In this document: one piece after another, positions 30,597-41,960 of the stretch
Layout: every line of letters begins with the position of its first letter
How positions within the stretch are numbered: position 1 is the first letter of the stretch
NCBI GenBank assembly: GCA_031459385.1
Contig: JAVKIP010000002.1
Location: forward strand, 355-64,354
Reading direction: 5' to 3'
Source: Candidatus Fervidifonticultor secundus
GTDB lineage: Bacteria; Sysuimicrobiota; Sysuimicrobiia; Sysuimicrobiales; Humicultoraceae
DNA: 64,000 nt
Translations under genes and position numbers: made by a program
The notes under the pieces: model-generated
The model's input: only the letters and a program-made list of their open reading frames with translations
Databases searched by the model: none
Told to the model about the DNA's origin: nothing

Positions 30597-31760
30597 ATGC
30601 CGGAGGCCGCCAGGGCCGAAGAGCTGCAACGCTATCTCCGGCAACTGGAGAGCCACGACGTCACCGTTCGAAGCGACGCAGCGCACGCCCTCGGGAAGCT
30701 CGGCGACGAAGCCGCGGTGGCGGCCCTGGCGCGGGCGCTTGGCGACCCTGACGAGTACGTGCGCAAGAGTGCCGTCATGGCCCTGCGGCGCATCGGGGGG
30801 GCCGCGGCGGCCGAGGCGCTGCGGACCGCGCTGACCGACCGCAGCGAGCAGGTGGTGCTGCAGGCCGTCAATGGCCTGCGCGACATGCGGGACCGGGGGG
30901 CGGTGGAGCCCCTGATCCGCGTGCTGGCCCGCCGCGAGCGGTCGCTCCAGCTGGCGGCCACGGAGGCGCTGGTGCGGATCGGCCCGGACGCGGTAGCGGC
31001 GCTCCTGGCAGCCTTCGAGGACAAGACCCTCCGGCGCAAGATCGGCGCCACGGTCATGAAGATCCTGGTGGACATCGGGCCGCGGGCCATCGACGCGCTC
31101 CTGCAGGCCCTGCAGCACGAGAGCCAGGTGATCCAGGTCACGGCCATCACCGTCCTGGGCCGCGTCGGCGATGGCCGCATCGTGAAGCCGCTCGTCGAGC
31201 TGTTCCTGCGCGACCCGCGCATGCAGGAGGCCGTGGTCGCGACCCTGGCCCGCCTGGAGGAGCGCGGCGTCATCGAGCCGGGCGAGTCCGGGCACGCCGA
31301 CCGCGAGGTCTATCCGCCCCGGGCCGTCGTCGAGGCGTTCGCCGGGCGTCCGCGGGCCGACGTGGTCGAGCAGCTGCGGCTCGCGCTCGAGAACCCCATG
31401 CCGAAGGTGCGCCGGTTCGCGCTGCGTGTGCTCTTCGCGTTGTTCGGCGAAGGAGCCGCCGACCAGTTCGTCACCTCCCTCGACGACGACGACGTGGAGG
31501 TCAAGCGCCTCGCCATCAAGATCCTGGGCAAGCTGCGCGACAAGCGGGTGATCGAACCGCTGGTGGCGTTGCTGCAGAAGGAGGGCGGCGAGCACGTGGA
31601 GGACGCCGTCTGGAACACCCTGAAGGTGCTCACCGACCTTCGCGAGTTCGAGCAGCTGCGGGCGCGCATCGCCAAAGAGCGCGCGGGCTCCCGGCCGAGC
31701 GTGCGCAAAGTCCGATCCGAGCGAGACCTCTCCCCGGACTGGTGGCGCGAGCAGGACTGA
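30597..31760 (+). CDS. HEAT-repeat (PBS lyase-like) protein
   Basis: Repeated VR..AA.ALG.LGD..AV..L motifs; GAGGAGGAG SD; TGGTAGAAT extended -10 at 30512-30520. Confidence 0.88.
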   Translation: MPEAARAEELQRYLRQLESHDVTVRSDAAHALGKLGDEAAVAALARALGDPDEYVRKSAVMALRRIGGAAAAEALRTALTDRSEQVVLQAVNGLRDMRDRGAVEPLIRVLARRERSLQLAATEALVRIGPDAVAALLAAFEDKTLRRKIGATVMKILVDIGPRAIDALLQALQHESQVIQVTAITVLGRVGDGRIVKPLVELFLRDPRMQEAVVATLARLEERGVIEPGESGHADREVYPPRAVVEAFAGRPRADVVEQLRLALENPMPKVRRFALRVLFALFGEGAADQFVTSLDDDDVEVKRLAIKILGKLRDKRVIEPLVALLQKEGGEHVEDAVWNTLKVLTDLREFEQLRARIAKERAGSRPSVRKVRSERDLSPDWWREQD

Positions 31761-31815
31761 CCCGCTGCGCGGCGTCGCCGCCCTGCGGCCAGGAGACGCC
31801 AGGGAGGCGCGCCGG

Positions 31816-32163
31816 ATGAGCCCCGTGCTCGTCTTCAGCACCGCCGGCAGCATGGAGGAGGCCACGCGCATCGCCGAGGCCGTGGTGGGCGAGCGCCTGG
31901 CGGCCTGCGTGACGGTCGTGCCGGGGGTCCGCTCGGTCTACCGCTGGCAGGGGCGCGTGGAGACGGCGGAGGAAGTGCTCCTGGTGCTCAAGACCACGGC
32001 CCCCCGGCTTGAGGCCCTCGCCGCACGGGTGCGCGCGCTGCACTCCTACCAGGTGCCCGAGGTGGTGGCGGTCCCGATCACCGGCGGGTGGCCGCCCTAC
32101 CTGGCCTGGCTGGTGGAGGAGGTGGCGACGCCCGCGGCACCTGAGGGCGGCGCGGCGCCGTGA
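31816..32163 (+). CDS. cutA: Divalent-cation tolerance protein CutA
   Basis: LAACV, SVYRWQG.VE, HSYQVPEVV, YLAWL. Confidence 0.93.
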   Translation: MSPVLVFSTAGSMEEATRIAEAVVGERLAACVTVVPGVRSVYRWQGRVETAEEVLLVLKTTAPRLEALAARVRALHSYQVPEVVAVPITGGWPPYLAWLVEEVATPAAPEGGAAP

Positions 32164-32927
32164 AGATCCTCCTGACCAACGACGACGGCATTCACTCCCC
32201 TGGGCTCCAGGCCCTGGCCGCCGTTCTGGTCGCGCGCCACGAGATCGTCGTGGTGGCCCCCGAACACGAGCGCAGCGCCACCGGGCATGCTATCACGCTC
32301 CACAAGCCGTTGCGGGCCACGCCCACCGCGATGCCGATCGCCGGCCGTGTGCGGGCCTGGGCGACGAACGGCACACCGGCCGACTGCGTCGTGCTGGGCG
32401 TCGTCGAGCTGGTAGGTGACCGCCCGGACCTCGTTGTCTCGGGAATCAACGTCGGGGCCAACCTGGGCCTGGACCTCACGTACTCGGGGACCGTCTCCGG
32501 CGCCATGGAGGGCGCCATCCTCGGGATTCCCAGCATCGCGGTCTCGGTCGCCTCGTTCGTGGACGTGCGGTTCGACGTGGCTGCCGGGTTCGTCGAGCAA
32601 CTCGCCCGGCACGTGGCGGCCCACCGGCTGCCCGCCGACGCCCTCATCAACGTCAACGTCCCCAACCTGCCACGGGAGCAGATCCGCGGCGTGGCCCTGA
32701 CGCGGCAGAGCATGCGGCGCTACCTGTCCAGGCTGGAGCGGCGCACCGACCCGCGCGGCCGGTACTACTACTGGCTCACCGGCGAGCGCGAGCCGGCGGA
32801 CGACCAGGAGGGGACCGACGGGTGGGCGGTCGCCCGCGGCTACATCTCGGTGACGCCCATCCACCTCAACATGACCGACGAGCGGCTCGTGGAGGAACTG
32901 GCGGCCTGGGGGCTCGTGCCCCCGTAG
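32160..32927 (+). CDS. surE: 5'/3'-nucleotidase SurE
   Basis: ILLTNDDGI, GTPADCV, SGINVGAN, YSGTVSGAMEG. Confidence 0.96.
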   Translation: MKILLTNDDGIHSPGLQALAAVLVARHEIVVVAPEHERSATGHAITLHKPLRATPTAMPIAGRVRAWATNGTPADCVVLGVVELVGDRPDLVVSGINVGANLGLDLTYSGTVSGAMEGAILGIPSIAVSVASFVDVRFDVAAGFVEQLARHVAAHRLPADALINVNVPNLPREQIRGVALTRQSMRRYLSRLERRTDPRGRYYYWLTGEREPADDQEGTDGWAVARGYISVTPIHLNMTDERLVEELAAWGLVPP

Positions 32928-33053
32928 CGGCACCCGCGGCCCGCGGGGCCCACGCCGCGGAGCCGGCGGCAGGAAAAGGCTGGGGCACGGAGAAGTTGAC
33001 GCCGACGCCGCGACGTCGGCGTGTCATCGTCGCACGTTTTCGTCGGAGCGGGC

Positions 33054-33740
33054 ATGGTCCACTTTCACGGCGTCGTCAAGCGCTACCCTACCGGTGTTGT
33101 CGCCCTCCAGGACGTCACGGTCGCCATCGAGCCCGGGGAGTTCGTCTTCCTGGTGGGCCCCACCGGCAGCGGCAAGTCCACGTTTCTCAAGCTCATCCAG
33201 CGCGTCGAACACCCCACCACGGGGCGCATCGTCGTGGACGGAGTGGAGCTGGGCGCTCTGACCGCCGCGGACGTGCCGTACTTCCGGCGCCGGCTGGGCG
33301 TGGTCTTCCAGGAGTTCAAGTTGCTGCCCCACCGCACGGTGGCCGACAACGTGGCCTTCGCGCTCCAGGTCACCGGGACCGACCCCGTGGAGATCACGCC
33401 GCGGGTGCGCTGGGCGCTGGAGGTCGTCGGGCTCGCCGACCGGGCCCACGCGCTGCCCGGGCGTCTCTCGGGCGGCGAGCAGCAGCGCGCGGGCATCGCC
33501 CGCGCCATCGTCAACCGGCCGCGCCTAGTCCTGGCCGATGAGCCCACCGGCAATCTGGATCCCGGGGCGGCCTGGGAGATCATGCACCTGCTCAGCGAGA
33601 TCAACCGGCGGGGAACCACCGTGATCGTCACGACGCATAACCCGACGCTGGTGGACGTCCTCCGGCGGCGCGTCGTGGAGCTGCAGGCCGGGCGCGTGGT
33701 GCGGGATGAGCATCGGGGCCTCTACCTCCCCGCGCACTGA
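33054..33740 (+). CDS. ftsE: Cell division ATP-binding protein FtsE
   Basis: GPTGSGKST, RR.LGVVFQ.FKLL, LSGGEQQR, LADEPTGNLDP; followed by ftsX. Confidence 0.93.
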   Translation: MVHFHGVVKRYPTGVVALQDVTVAIEPGEFVFLVGPTGSGKSTFLKLIQRVEHPTTGRIVVDGVELGALTAADVPYFRRRLGVVFQEFKLLPHRTVADNVAFALQVTGTDPVEITPRVRWALEVVGLADRAHALPGRLSGGEQQRAGIARAIVNRPRLVLADEPTGNLDPGAAWEIMHLLSEINRRGTTVIVTTHNPTLVDVLRRRVVELQAGRVVRDEHRGLYLPAH

Positions 33741-34695
33741 GTCGGGCGCGCGCTCGCGCGCCCGCCCGCGGCGCACCGCGGGGGGAGCGCCCTGGTCCGG
33801 CCCGGCCCCGTCCGGCCGGCGGCAGCGCCTGGCGGCCGTCCTGGCGGCGGTGGCGGAACTGCGCCGGCACACGCTGATGACCGTGGCCGCCACCACCACG
33901 ATCCTCGTGGCGCTTACCGTCGCCGGCGGCGGCGCGCTGCTGTCGGCGAACCTGGTGCACCTGGCCGTGCTCCTGGAGGGCCAGGTGGAGGTGGTGGCGC
34001 TCCTGCGTGACGGGCTCACGCCGGCCCAGCAGCAGCGCGTGCTGGCGGCCGTCTCCGACCTCCCGGCCGTGGAGCGCGCCGTGCTGGTCGGCCGGGACGA
34101 CGCGCTGCGGCGGCTGCAGGCGACGTACGGGATGCCGCCCTCCCTGGGCCAGTCGTTGCCGTCCAACCCGCTTCCCGACTCCATCGAGGTGCGGGTGCGC
34201 GACGCGGCGCGTATCCGCGAGGTCGCCGAGGCCGCGCGCCGGCTCTCCGGCGTCGACGAGGTGGTCTTTGGCGCCCCGGTGGTGGACCGCCTGGTGGCCG
34301 TCACGCGGGCCGTACGGCTCGCCGGCGCCCTCCTCGCGGGCGTGCTGGCAGCCGCGGCCCTGCTGATCATCACCAACACGATCCGCCTCACGGTGTCGGC
34401 GCGCCGCCAGGAGATCGAGATCATGACCCTCGTCGGCGCCACCCCCGGGTTCATTCGCGGGCCGTTCCTCTGGGAGGGCGCCCTGCAGGGCGCCCTGGCC
34501 GCGACGGGCACGAGCCTGCTGCTGGGCGCGGGGTACGCCTGGCTGGCCGCGCGGGTCGAGGCATCGCTGCCCTTCCTGCCGGTGCTGCCGCCGCTCGCCG
34601 TGCTGCCGGGCGTGCTGGCCCTGGTCTGGGGGCTGGGGGTCGCGGTAGGGGTGGGCGGCAGCGCCCTGGGCGTGCGCCGCTACCTGGTGCCGTGA
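33706..34695 (+). CDS. ftsX: Cell division permease FtsX (start uncertain)
   Basis: NPLPDSIEV, IITNTIRLTVSARRQEIEIM.LVGAT..FIRGPFL.EG. Confidence 0.88.
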   Translation: MSIGASTSPRTESGARSRARPRRTAGGAPWSGPAPSGRRQRLAAVLAAVAELRRHTLMTVAATTTILVALTVAGGGALLSANLVHLAVLLEGQVEVVALLRDGLTPAQQQRVLAAVSDLPAVERAVLVGRDDALRRLQATYGMPPSLGQSLPSNPLPDSIEVRVRDAARIREVAEAARRLSGVDEVVFGAPVVDRLVAVTRAVRLAGALLAGVLAAAALLIITNTIRLTVSARRQEIEIMTLVGATPGFIRGPFLWEGALQGALAATGTSLLLGAGYAWLAARVEASLPFLPVLPPLAVLPGVLALVWGLGVAVGVGGSALGVRRYLVP

Positions 34696-35822
34696 GGGGG
34701 CTGGCCGCGCGCGAGCTGGCCGCCGCCAGCGCCATCGCCCTGCTGCTCGGGGTGAGCGATTCGGGCGCAGGCGGCCCCGCGCCGCTGGGCGACCGGCAGC
34801 AGGAACTTCGGCGCGTGCAGCAGCAGCTTCAGGTCGAGCGGCACCGGCTCCAGGTGGCGCGCAGGCGCGAGCGCCGGCTCGCCGACGAGGTGCAGCACCT
34901 GGACCGGGCGCGGGAGGCCACCGAGGCGCGGCTCGACCGGCTGGAAGCCGAGCGCCGGCGCGCGGAGGTGCGTGCCGCGGCAGCGGCCGCCGCGGTGGCG
35001 CGGGCGGAGATGGGACTGGCCCGGCGGCGCGCCTTGCTGGGCAGCCGGCTGCGCGACCTCCACCGGTACGGCCGGGCAGGCTACCTGGACGTGGTGCTCG
35101 GGGCCGCGACATTCTCGGAGTTCGTGACCCGGGCCCGCGTCGTCGGCGCGGTCGTCCGCACCGACGCCCGGTTCATCGCCGGCTACCAGCACGACCGCGA
35201 CCGCGCCGAGGCCCTGCGCGCGCAGCTGGAAGCCGAGCAGGCCCGCCTGGCGGCGCTTATGGAGGAGACCCGGCAGCGCCGCCGTCTGCTGACCGAGCAG
35301 ATCGAGGCCAAGCGGCGGGTGCTGGAGAGCGTGGCGCAGGAGCGCGCGGCCGTCGAGCGTGTCGTCGAGGACCTGCGCCGCGAGTCTGCGGAACTGGAGG
35401 CGCTCATCCGGCGCCTGCAGGCCGGCGGCCCGTCGCGGATGGCGGTCGGTGCGTTCATCTGGCCCCTGCGCGGCGCGATCACGTCGCGGTTTGGCTTCCG
35501 ACGCCACCCCATCTTCCGGGCGCGTCTCTTCCACCAGGGCGTGGACATCGCGGCCCCGTACGGGGCGCCCGTGCGCGCCGCCGGCGACGGCACCGTGCTG
35601 TTCGCCGGCTGGTACGGCGGGTACGGCAAGCTGGTGGTCCTGGACCACGGCGATGGGCTCAGCACGCTCTATGGTCACCTGTCCGCGATCCTGGTGGCGC
35701 CGGGTGCGCCGGTGACCCGCGGCCAGATCCTCGGGCGCGTCGGCAGCACCGGCTACAGCACCGGGCCCCACCTGCACTTCGAGTTCCGGCGCAACGGGCG
35801 ACCGGTTGATCCCGGACGCTGA
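34692..35822 (+). CDS. Coiled-coil plus M23 peptidase (EnvC-like murein hydrolase or activator)
   Basis: Long coiled coil, WPLRG.ITS.FG, HQGVD, YGH, STGPHLHFE. Confidence 0.9.
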   Translation: MRGLAARELAAASAIALLLGVSDSGAGGPAPLGDRQQELRRVQQQLQVERHRLQVARRRERRLADEVQHLDRAREATEARLDRLEAERRRAEVRAAAAAAAVARAEMGLARRRALLGSRLRDLHRYGRAGYLDVVLGAATFSEFVTRARVVGAVVRTDARFIAGYQHDRDRAEALRAQLEAEQARLAALMEETRQRRRLLTEQIEAKRRVLESVAQERAAVERVVEDLRRESAELEALIRRLQAGGPSRMAVGAFIWPLRGAITSRFGFRRHPIFRARLFHQGVDIAAPYGAPVRAAGDGTVLFAGWYGGYGKLVVLDHGDGLSTLYGHLSAILVAPGAPVTRGQILGRVGSTGYSTGPHLHFEFRRNGRPVDPGR

Positions 35823-35905
35823 CCACGCGTCGCTGGGTCCGCGCACCTCCTCCCGGCGCGGCGCGATGCCCGCCTGCCCGATGGCTGCTGCATCCGCCGG
35901 TGCGC

Positions 35906-35934
35906 TTGTTCACCGTCCCTGCCCACGATAATCT
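35906..35934 (+). promoter_or_regulatory. Sigma70-type promoter TTGTTC-N17-TAATCT of the S41 protease gene
   Basis: AT-rich hexamers with 17-nt spacing in the intergenic region. Confidence 0.45.
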
Positions 35935-35976
35935 ACAACAGGCGGCCGGTGGACCGGCCGCCGGGAGGCGAGAGGT

Positions 35977-37194
35977 GTGTTGACCGGCACCCGACAGCGA
36001 CCGACGTGGCCGGCCGTAGCCGCCCTGACCCTTGTGGTCTTCCTCGCTGGCTATGGGGCCGGGCAGGCGTCCGTGGCGCGCGGCGCCGACGACCAGGGAT
36101 TCGCGCTGCTGCGGCAGTTGTTGACCCACATCCGGCAGGACTACCTGTTGCCCGCGCCCGACGCGAGCGTGCTGTTCGACGGCGCGGCGCGCGGCATCCT
36201 CGAGGCGCTGGGCGACCCGTACACGCGGTACATGGACGCGAAGGCGTTCAGGGAGTTCGCGCAGGACGCCCAGGGGTTCTTCTTCGGGATCGGCATCTTC
36301 ATCGACATCCGCGACGGCCACCTGATCGTCGTCCAGCCCATCGAGGGCACGCCGGCCCATCGCGCGGGCCTGCGCCCCGGCGACCGCATCCGGGCCATCA
36401 ACAACGTCCCGACCGATGGGATGGCCCTGCAAGAAGCCGTGAGCCGGATCCGGGGCCCGGCCGGGACCCGGGTCGTGCTGCGCGTCGTGCGGGCCGACCG
36501 GACGTTCGACGTGGAGATCACCCGCGCGCGCATCCAAATCGTCTCCGTCCAGGGCGCCGCCACCCTGGACGCCGATGTGCAGAAGCGGCTGCAGGCCGAG
36601 CGGCTCGGGTACGTGCGGCTGTTGACCTTCAACGACCGCACCGCCGAGGAGGTGGCGACGGAGATCGCCCGACTCCAGCAGGCCGGTGTTCGGGGGCTCC
36701 TCATCGACCTGCGCAGTAACGGGGGAGGGCTGCTGGACGCATCCCTGCGGGTGGCGGAGCGCTTCGTGCCAGAGGGCCGGCCGCTGGTGCACATCGTGGA
36801 CCGCGCGGGCCGCCGGACGACGGAGCGCGCTGGACGCGGGCCCAGGGTCGTGCTGCCGGTGGTCGTGCTCGTGAACGAGTTCAGCGCCAGCGCGTCCGAG
36901 ATCCTGGCCGGCGCCCTGCGGGACTCCGCGGGCGCCACGCTGGTGGGGATCAGGACGTTCGGCAAGGGCGTCATCCAGTCGGTCTACGCGCTGCCGGGCG
37001 GCGGCGGCGCAGCCATCACGACGTCGAAGTACCTGACGCCGGCGGATCACGATATCCACGGCAAGGGCGTGCCGCCCGACGTCGTCGCCGGCGACCGGCT
37101 GGAGGGCAAGAGCGACGCCGAGGTGACGCGCATCCAGAGTGAGCAACTGCGCCGGGCCATCGACGTCCTCAGGCAGCGCGTCGGCGGCCGGTAG
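35977..37194 (+). CDS. ctpA: S41 carboxyl-terminal processing protease
   Basis: LGDPYTRY, PDZ domain, DLRSNGGG, SASASEI, TFGKG. Confidence 0.93.
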   Translation: MLTGTRQRPTWPAVAALTLVVFLAGYGAGQASVARGADDQGFALLRQLLTHIRQDYLLPAPDASVLFDGAARGILEALGDPYTRYMDAKAFREFAQDAQGFFFGIGIFIDIRDGHLIVVQPIEGTPAHRAGLRPGDRIRAINNVPTDGMALQEAVSRIRGPAGTRVVLRVVRADRTFDVEITRARIQIVSVQGAATLDADVQKRLQAERLGYVRLLTFNDRTAEEVATEIARLQQAGVRGLLIDLRSNGGGLLDASLRVAERFVPEGRPLVHIVDRAGRRTTERAGRGPRVVLPVVVLVNEFSASASEILAGALRDSAGATLVGIRTFGKGVIQSVYALPGGGGAAITTSKYLTPADHDIHGKGVPPDVVAGDRLEGKSDAEVTRIQSEQLRRAIDVLRQRVGGR

Positions 37195-37210
37195 CGCCGG
37201 AGCGGAGGGA

Positions 37211-38134
37211 ATGCCCGGCCCTCGTCGCGTAGGCGCCCGGTGGCGACCGCTGGGGGTTGCGGGGCTGGTCGTCGTGGCCCTGGGGGCCGGCGTGGCGCTG
37301 GCCTGGGTCGCGCGGAGCACCCCACCGCCCGGCCGCACCACGGCCCAGCCCTCACGGGCGGTGGTGCCACGGAGCGTCCTGCCGCCTCCCGCCCGACCTG
37401 CGCCGGCACCGTCCAACCAGGCGCGGGCGGTCCCCCAGCCGCGCCCCGCCCCGGCGCCCCCAGCTCCTTCCCCGCAGGGCCGGCTGGCCATCGTCTTCGA
37501 CGACGCAGGCGGCAGCCTGGAGGGCGTGGAAGCGATCATCGCCATCGGCCGACCGGTCACGGTGGCGGTGCTGCCATATCTCGCGCACTCGACCGAGGTG
37601 GCGCGGCGGGCGCGCGCAGCCGGGCTCGACGTCCTGCTGCACCTGCCGCTGGAACCCGACGACGCGCGCAAGGACCCCGGGCCGGGCGGCATCACCGTCG
37701 AGATGAGCGATGCGGCGATCTACCGGGCGGTGCAGGCGGCGCTGGCCTCCGTGCCGGGCGCGGTGGGGATTAACAACCACATGGGGTCGCGGGCCACCAC
37801 CGACCGGCGCGTGATGCGTGCCGTGCTGCGCGCGGCGCGCGGCGCCGGGGTGTTCTTCCTCGACAGCTACACGACGTCGCAGTCGGTGGTGCGCGAGGTG
37901 GCCGCCGAGGTCGGCGTGCGCACGGCGACCCGGGCGGTCTTCCTCGACAACGAGGACGAGGCGGCCGCCATCGCGGCCCAGATCCGGCGCGCGATCGCCC
38001 GCGCCCGCCAGGAAGGCAGGGCCATTGCCATCGGCCACGTGCAGCGCCTGACGCCGACGGTGGTGACTGCCATGCTGCACGAGTTCGACGAGGCCGGGGT
38101 GGTGCTCGTGCCGGTGTCGGCGCTGGTCCGGTAG
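37211..38134 (+). CDS. Divergent polysaccharide deacetylase (YibQ-like)
   Basis: AIVFDD.G, LLHLPLEP, NNHMGS, FFLDS.T, VFLD, AIAIGH. Confidence 0.92.
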   Translation: MPGPRRVGARWRPLGVAGLVVVALGAGVALAWVARSTPPPGRTTAQPSRAVVPRSVLPPPARPAPAPSNQARAVPQPRPAPAPPAPSPQGRLAIVFDDAGGSLEGVEAIIAIGRPVTVAVLPYLAHSTEVARRARAAGLDVLLHLPLEPDDARKDPGPGGITVEMSDAAIYRAVQAALASVPGAVGINNHMGSRATTDRRVMRAVLRAARGAGVFFLDSYTTSQSVVREVAAEVGVRTATRAVFLDNEDEAAAIAAQIRRAIARARQEGRAIAIGHVQRLTPTVVTAMLHEFDEAGVVLVPVSALVR

Positions 38135-38176
38135 GCAGGCGTCGGGACGCCCCGGCGTAAAAGGGGGACGAGAGGG

Positions 38177-39448
<1,272 letters not shown>

Positions 39449-39454
39449 CGCGGC

Positions 39455-40378
39455 GTGGTCGTGCTGGACGGCGCGACGCTGCCGGCCCGCCTGCCCGTGG
39501 CCGAGGCCGTCTCCGCCTGCGCCGCGGCGCTGCGCGCCCTGGCCACCGGCGCGGTCGTCGAGGGAGCCACGACCGTCGCAGATCTCGGCCCGGGCCGCCG
39601 CGTGCTCGGGGGGACCGCGGCGTGGGAGGGCGACGTCGTCGTGTGGACCGCCCTGCGGCCGGCGGCGCGCGCGGCGGGGCGCGCGTACGATACCGCGGTG
39701 CTGATCGACGCGGCCGGCGTCGGCCGGCTGGTGCTCCACGGGTACGAGGTCGCGGTCCTGGGGGCGGCGGCCGCCGCGGGCGCGGCCGTGGACCTGCTGG
39801 CCCCGCGGGCGGCAGGGCTGGTGGCCCTGGTCGGGACCGGCGGGCTGGCGGCGGCGCTGCTGGAAGCGGTGTGTGCCGTGCGGCCCGTCACGCAGGTACG
39901 CGTCGTCGGCCGCAATGCCGGACGCGCCGCGGCGTTCGCGGCCCGGACGCGGGCGCAGGCGTGGGTCCGGGGCGCCACGGTCCTGCCCGCGCGGGATGCC
40001 GGCCTGGCGACCAGGGGCGCCGAGATCATTTTGATGGCGACCGCCTCGGAGGAACCGGTGGTGCCTGCCGAGGAGGTCGCGGCCGGCGCGTGCCTGGTGG
40101 CGGCGGGGACCGGCGGCGGCTGGGCTGCCGAGGTCCCGCCCGCGCTGGTCGAGCGCAGCGTGGTCGTGAGCGACAACGTGCACGCGGCGCGCCGGTGGAG
40201 CGACGGTCCCTCGATGCGAGGGCACGCCCGGTGGACGGGTACCTGCCTCGTGGCCCTGGCAGACGCCTCCGGCGGATGCCCCCGGCCTGCGGGTGCGGTG
40301 ACGCTGGTCGTGCTGGTGGGCGCTCCGGTGACCGCGCTGGCGCTGTGCCGGCTGGCCGCCGGCCGGATCGGTGCCTGA
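39455..40378 (+). CDS. Degenerate ornithine cyclodeaminase / mu-crystallin-like protein
   Basis: AAAAGAAVDLLA, ALVGTGGLA Rossmann motif, EIILMATAS..PV; catalytic residues appear lost. Confidence 0.6.
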   Translation: MVVLDGATLPARLPVAEAVSACAAALRALATGAVVEGATTVADLGPGRRVLGGTAAWEGDVVVWTALRPAARAAGRAYDTAVLIDAAGVGRLVLHGYEVAVLGAAAAAGAAVDLLAPRAAGLVALVGTGGLAAALLEAVCAVRPVTQVRVVGRNAGRAAAFAARTRAQAWVRGATVLPARDAGLATRGAEIILMATASEEPVVPAEEVAAGACLVAAGTGGGWAAEVPPALVERSVVVSDNVHAARRWSDGPSMRGHARWTGTCLVALADASGGCPRPAGAVTLVVLVGAPVTALALCRLAAGRIGA

Positions 40379-40606
40379 CCGTGGTCGGGCCCGTCCCCCG
40401 GCCGCTCACGCGCCCGGCCGGAGGACGGCAGGAAGTGTCGGGCGGTTGGACGAACCCGGTAGTGACGTGCGCGGGAACACTGGGAGCCCTGCCGCGAGCA
40501 GGCCGCGGGGGAGGTGAGGTCTCGAGCGGGCAGAGCGTGTGGCGTGTACGCGGTCGCCGGAGCACAGCCGTGCGCGTAGCCGCGCGAAATACACGATGAA
40601 GGAGAG

Positions 40607-41824
40607 ATGAGTATGACGCGATTCCGTGGAGTCCTCGTGGCGCTGGTGATCGTGGTGGTCGCCGCGCTGCTGGCACCGGCCCCGGCGCCGGTGCAGGCGC
40701 AGGCGACGAAGGGCAAGATCAAGATCGCCACGCAGAGCCCGCTCTCGGGCGGGCAGGCCGCCCTGGGTGAGGGCATCAAGAACGGCGCCCAGCTGGCCAT
40801 CGAGCAGCTCGGCGGGCCGATCAAGCGGCTGGGGTTCGACCTCGAACTGGTGCCGTTCGACGACCAGGCGAAGCCCGACGTCGGCGTGGCCAACGCCAAG
40901 AACCTGGTCACCGACCCGGACATCCTGCTGGTGATCGGGCACCTGAACTCCGGGGTCGCGATCCCCTCGTCCGAGGTCTACAAGGACAGCATGCTGGCGA
41001 TGATCTCGCCGGCGAACACCAATCCGAAGATTACCGACCGGAAGCTCAAGAACGTCTTCCGGGTGGTGGGCCGTGACGACGTCCAGGGGGTGGTGGGCGC
41101 CGAGTTCGCGGCCAAGGACATGAAGGTCAAGACCGTCTACATTATCCACGACAAGACGGCGTACGGACAGGGCGTCGCGGAGTTCTTCCGCGATCACGCG
41201 CCGAAGGTGGGGATGCGGGTCGTCGGCTTCGAGGGGACCGAGGAGCAGGCCAACTTCGATCCCATCATCACGCCGATCCTGGCCCGGCGGCCCGACCTGG
41301 TGTACTTCGGTGGCATCTACAACCAGGCCGGCGTCTTCTTCAAGCAGGCCCGCGCCAAGGGGCTGCGGGCGCGCTTCCTGGGTCCAGACGGCATGGACTC
41401 CAGCGACCTCGCCAAGATCGCCGGCCAGGCGATCGTGGGCATGCACTACACGACCGTCGCCGGGCCAGTCTCGGTGTACCCCAAGGCCGCCAAGTTCGCC
41501 CGCGACTACAAGGCCAAGTTCGGCAAGGACCCCGAGCCCTTCGCGGCCCAGGCCTACGACGCCACCGCGATCGGCCTGAAGGCCCTTGAGAACGCCATCA
41601 AGGCTGCAGGGGGCAACAAGCCGACCCGCGAGCAGGTGACCAACGAGGTGCGCAAGATCAAGGCGTTCCCGGGCCTGACCGACACGTTCACCTTCGATGC
41701 GAAGGGCGACCCGGTGCCGGCCACGTACTTCGTCATCAACATTACGAGCGGCGACCCGGCCAAGTGGGGACAGAACAAGCTGATCAAGACACTGCGGATC
41801 AACCCGCCGGGGGCCGGTATGTAG
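40607..41824 (+). CDS. livK: Branched-chain amino acid ABC transporter substrate-binding protein
   Basis: PLSG.QA, DDQAKP, VIGHLNSG, HDKTAYGQG; AAGGAG SD. Confidence 0.93.
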   Translation: MSMTRFRGVLVALVIVVVAALLAPAPAPVQAQATKGKIKIATQSPLSGGQAALGEGIKNGAQLAIEQLGGPIKRLGFDLELVPFDDQAKPDVGVANAKNLVTDPDILLVIGHLNSGVAIPSSEVYKDSMLAMISPANTNPKITDRKLKNVFRVVGRDDVQGVVGAEFAAKDMKVKTVYIIHDKTAYGQGVAEFFRDHAPKVGMRVVGFEGTEEQANFDPIITPILARRPDLVYFGGIYNQAGVFFKQARAKGLRARFLGPDGMDSSDLAKIAGQAIVGMHYTTVAGPVSVYPKAAKFARDYKAKFGKDPEPFAAQAYDATAIGLKALENAIKAAGGNKPTREQVTNEVRKIKAFPGLTDTFTFDAKGDPVPATYFVINITSGDPAKWGQNKLIKTLRINPPGAGM

Positions 41825-41851
41825 TGCAGGCTGGTCGCCGCGGCGTTGCGG

Positions 41852-41885
41852 AGGAGGGGCCCGCCTACCTGGCGCGGCCCCTCCT
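41852..41885 (+). terminator. GC-rich hairpin after livK (mRNA stabiliser or weak terminator)
   Basis: AGGAGGGGCC...GGCCCCTCCT inverted repeat; no U-tract. Confidence 0.5.
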
Positions 41886-41960
41886 GCTGTGCGCAGGCAG
41901 CGTCGGAGGGCTTCCTTTGCCAGGCGGTGAATAGTCGCCGCCGGTAGGGGGTGGGATCGG

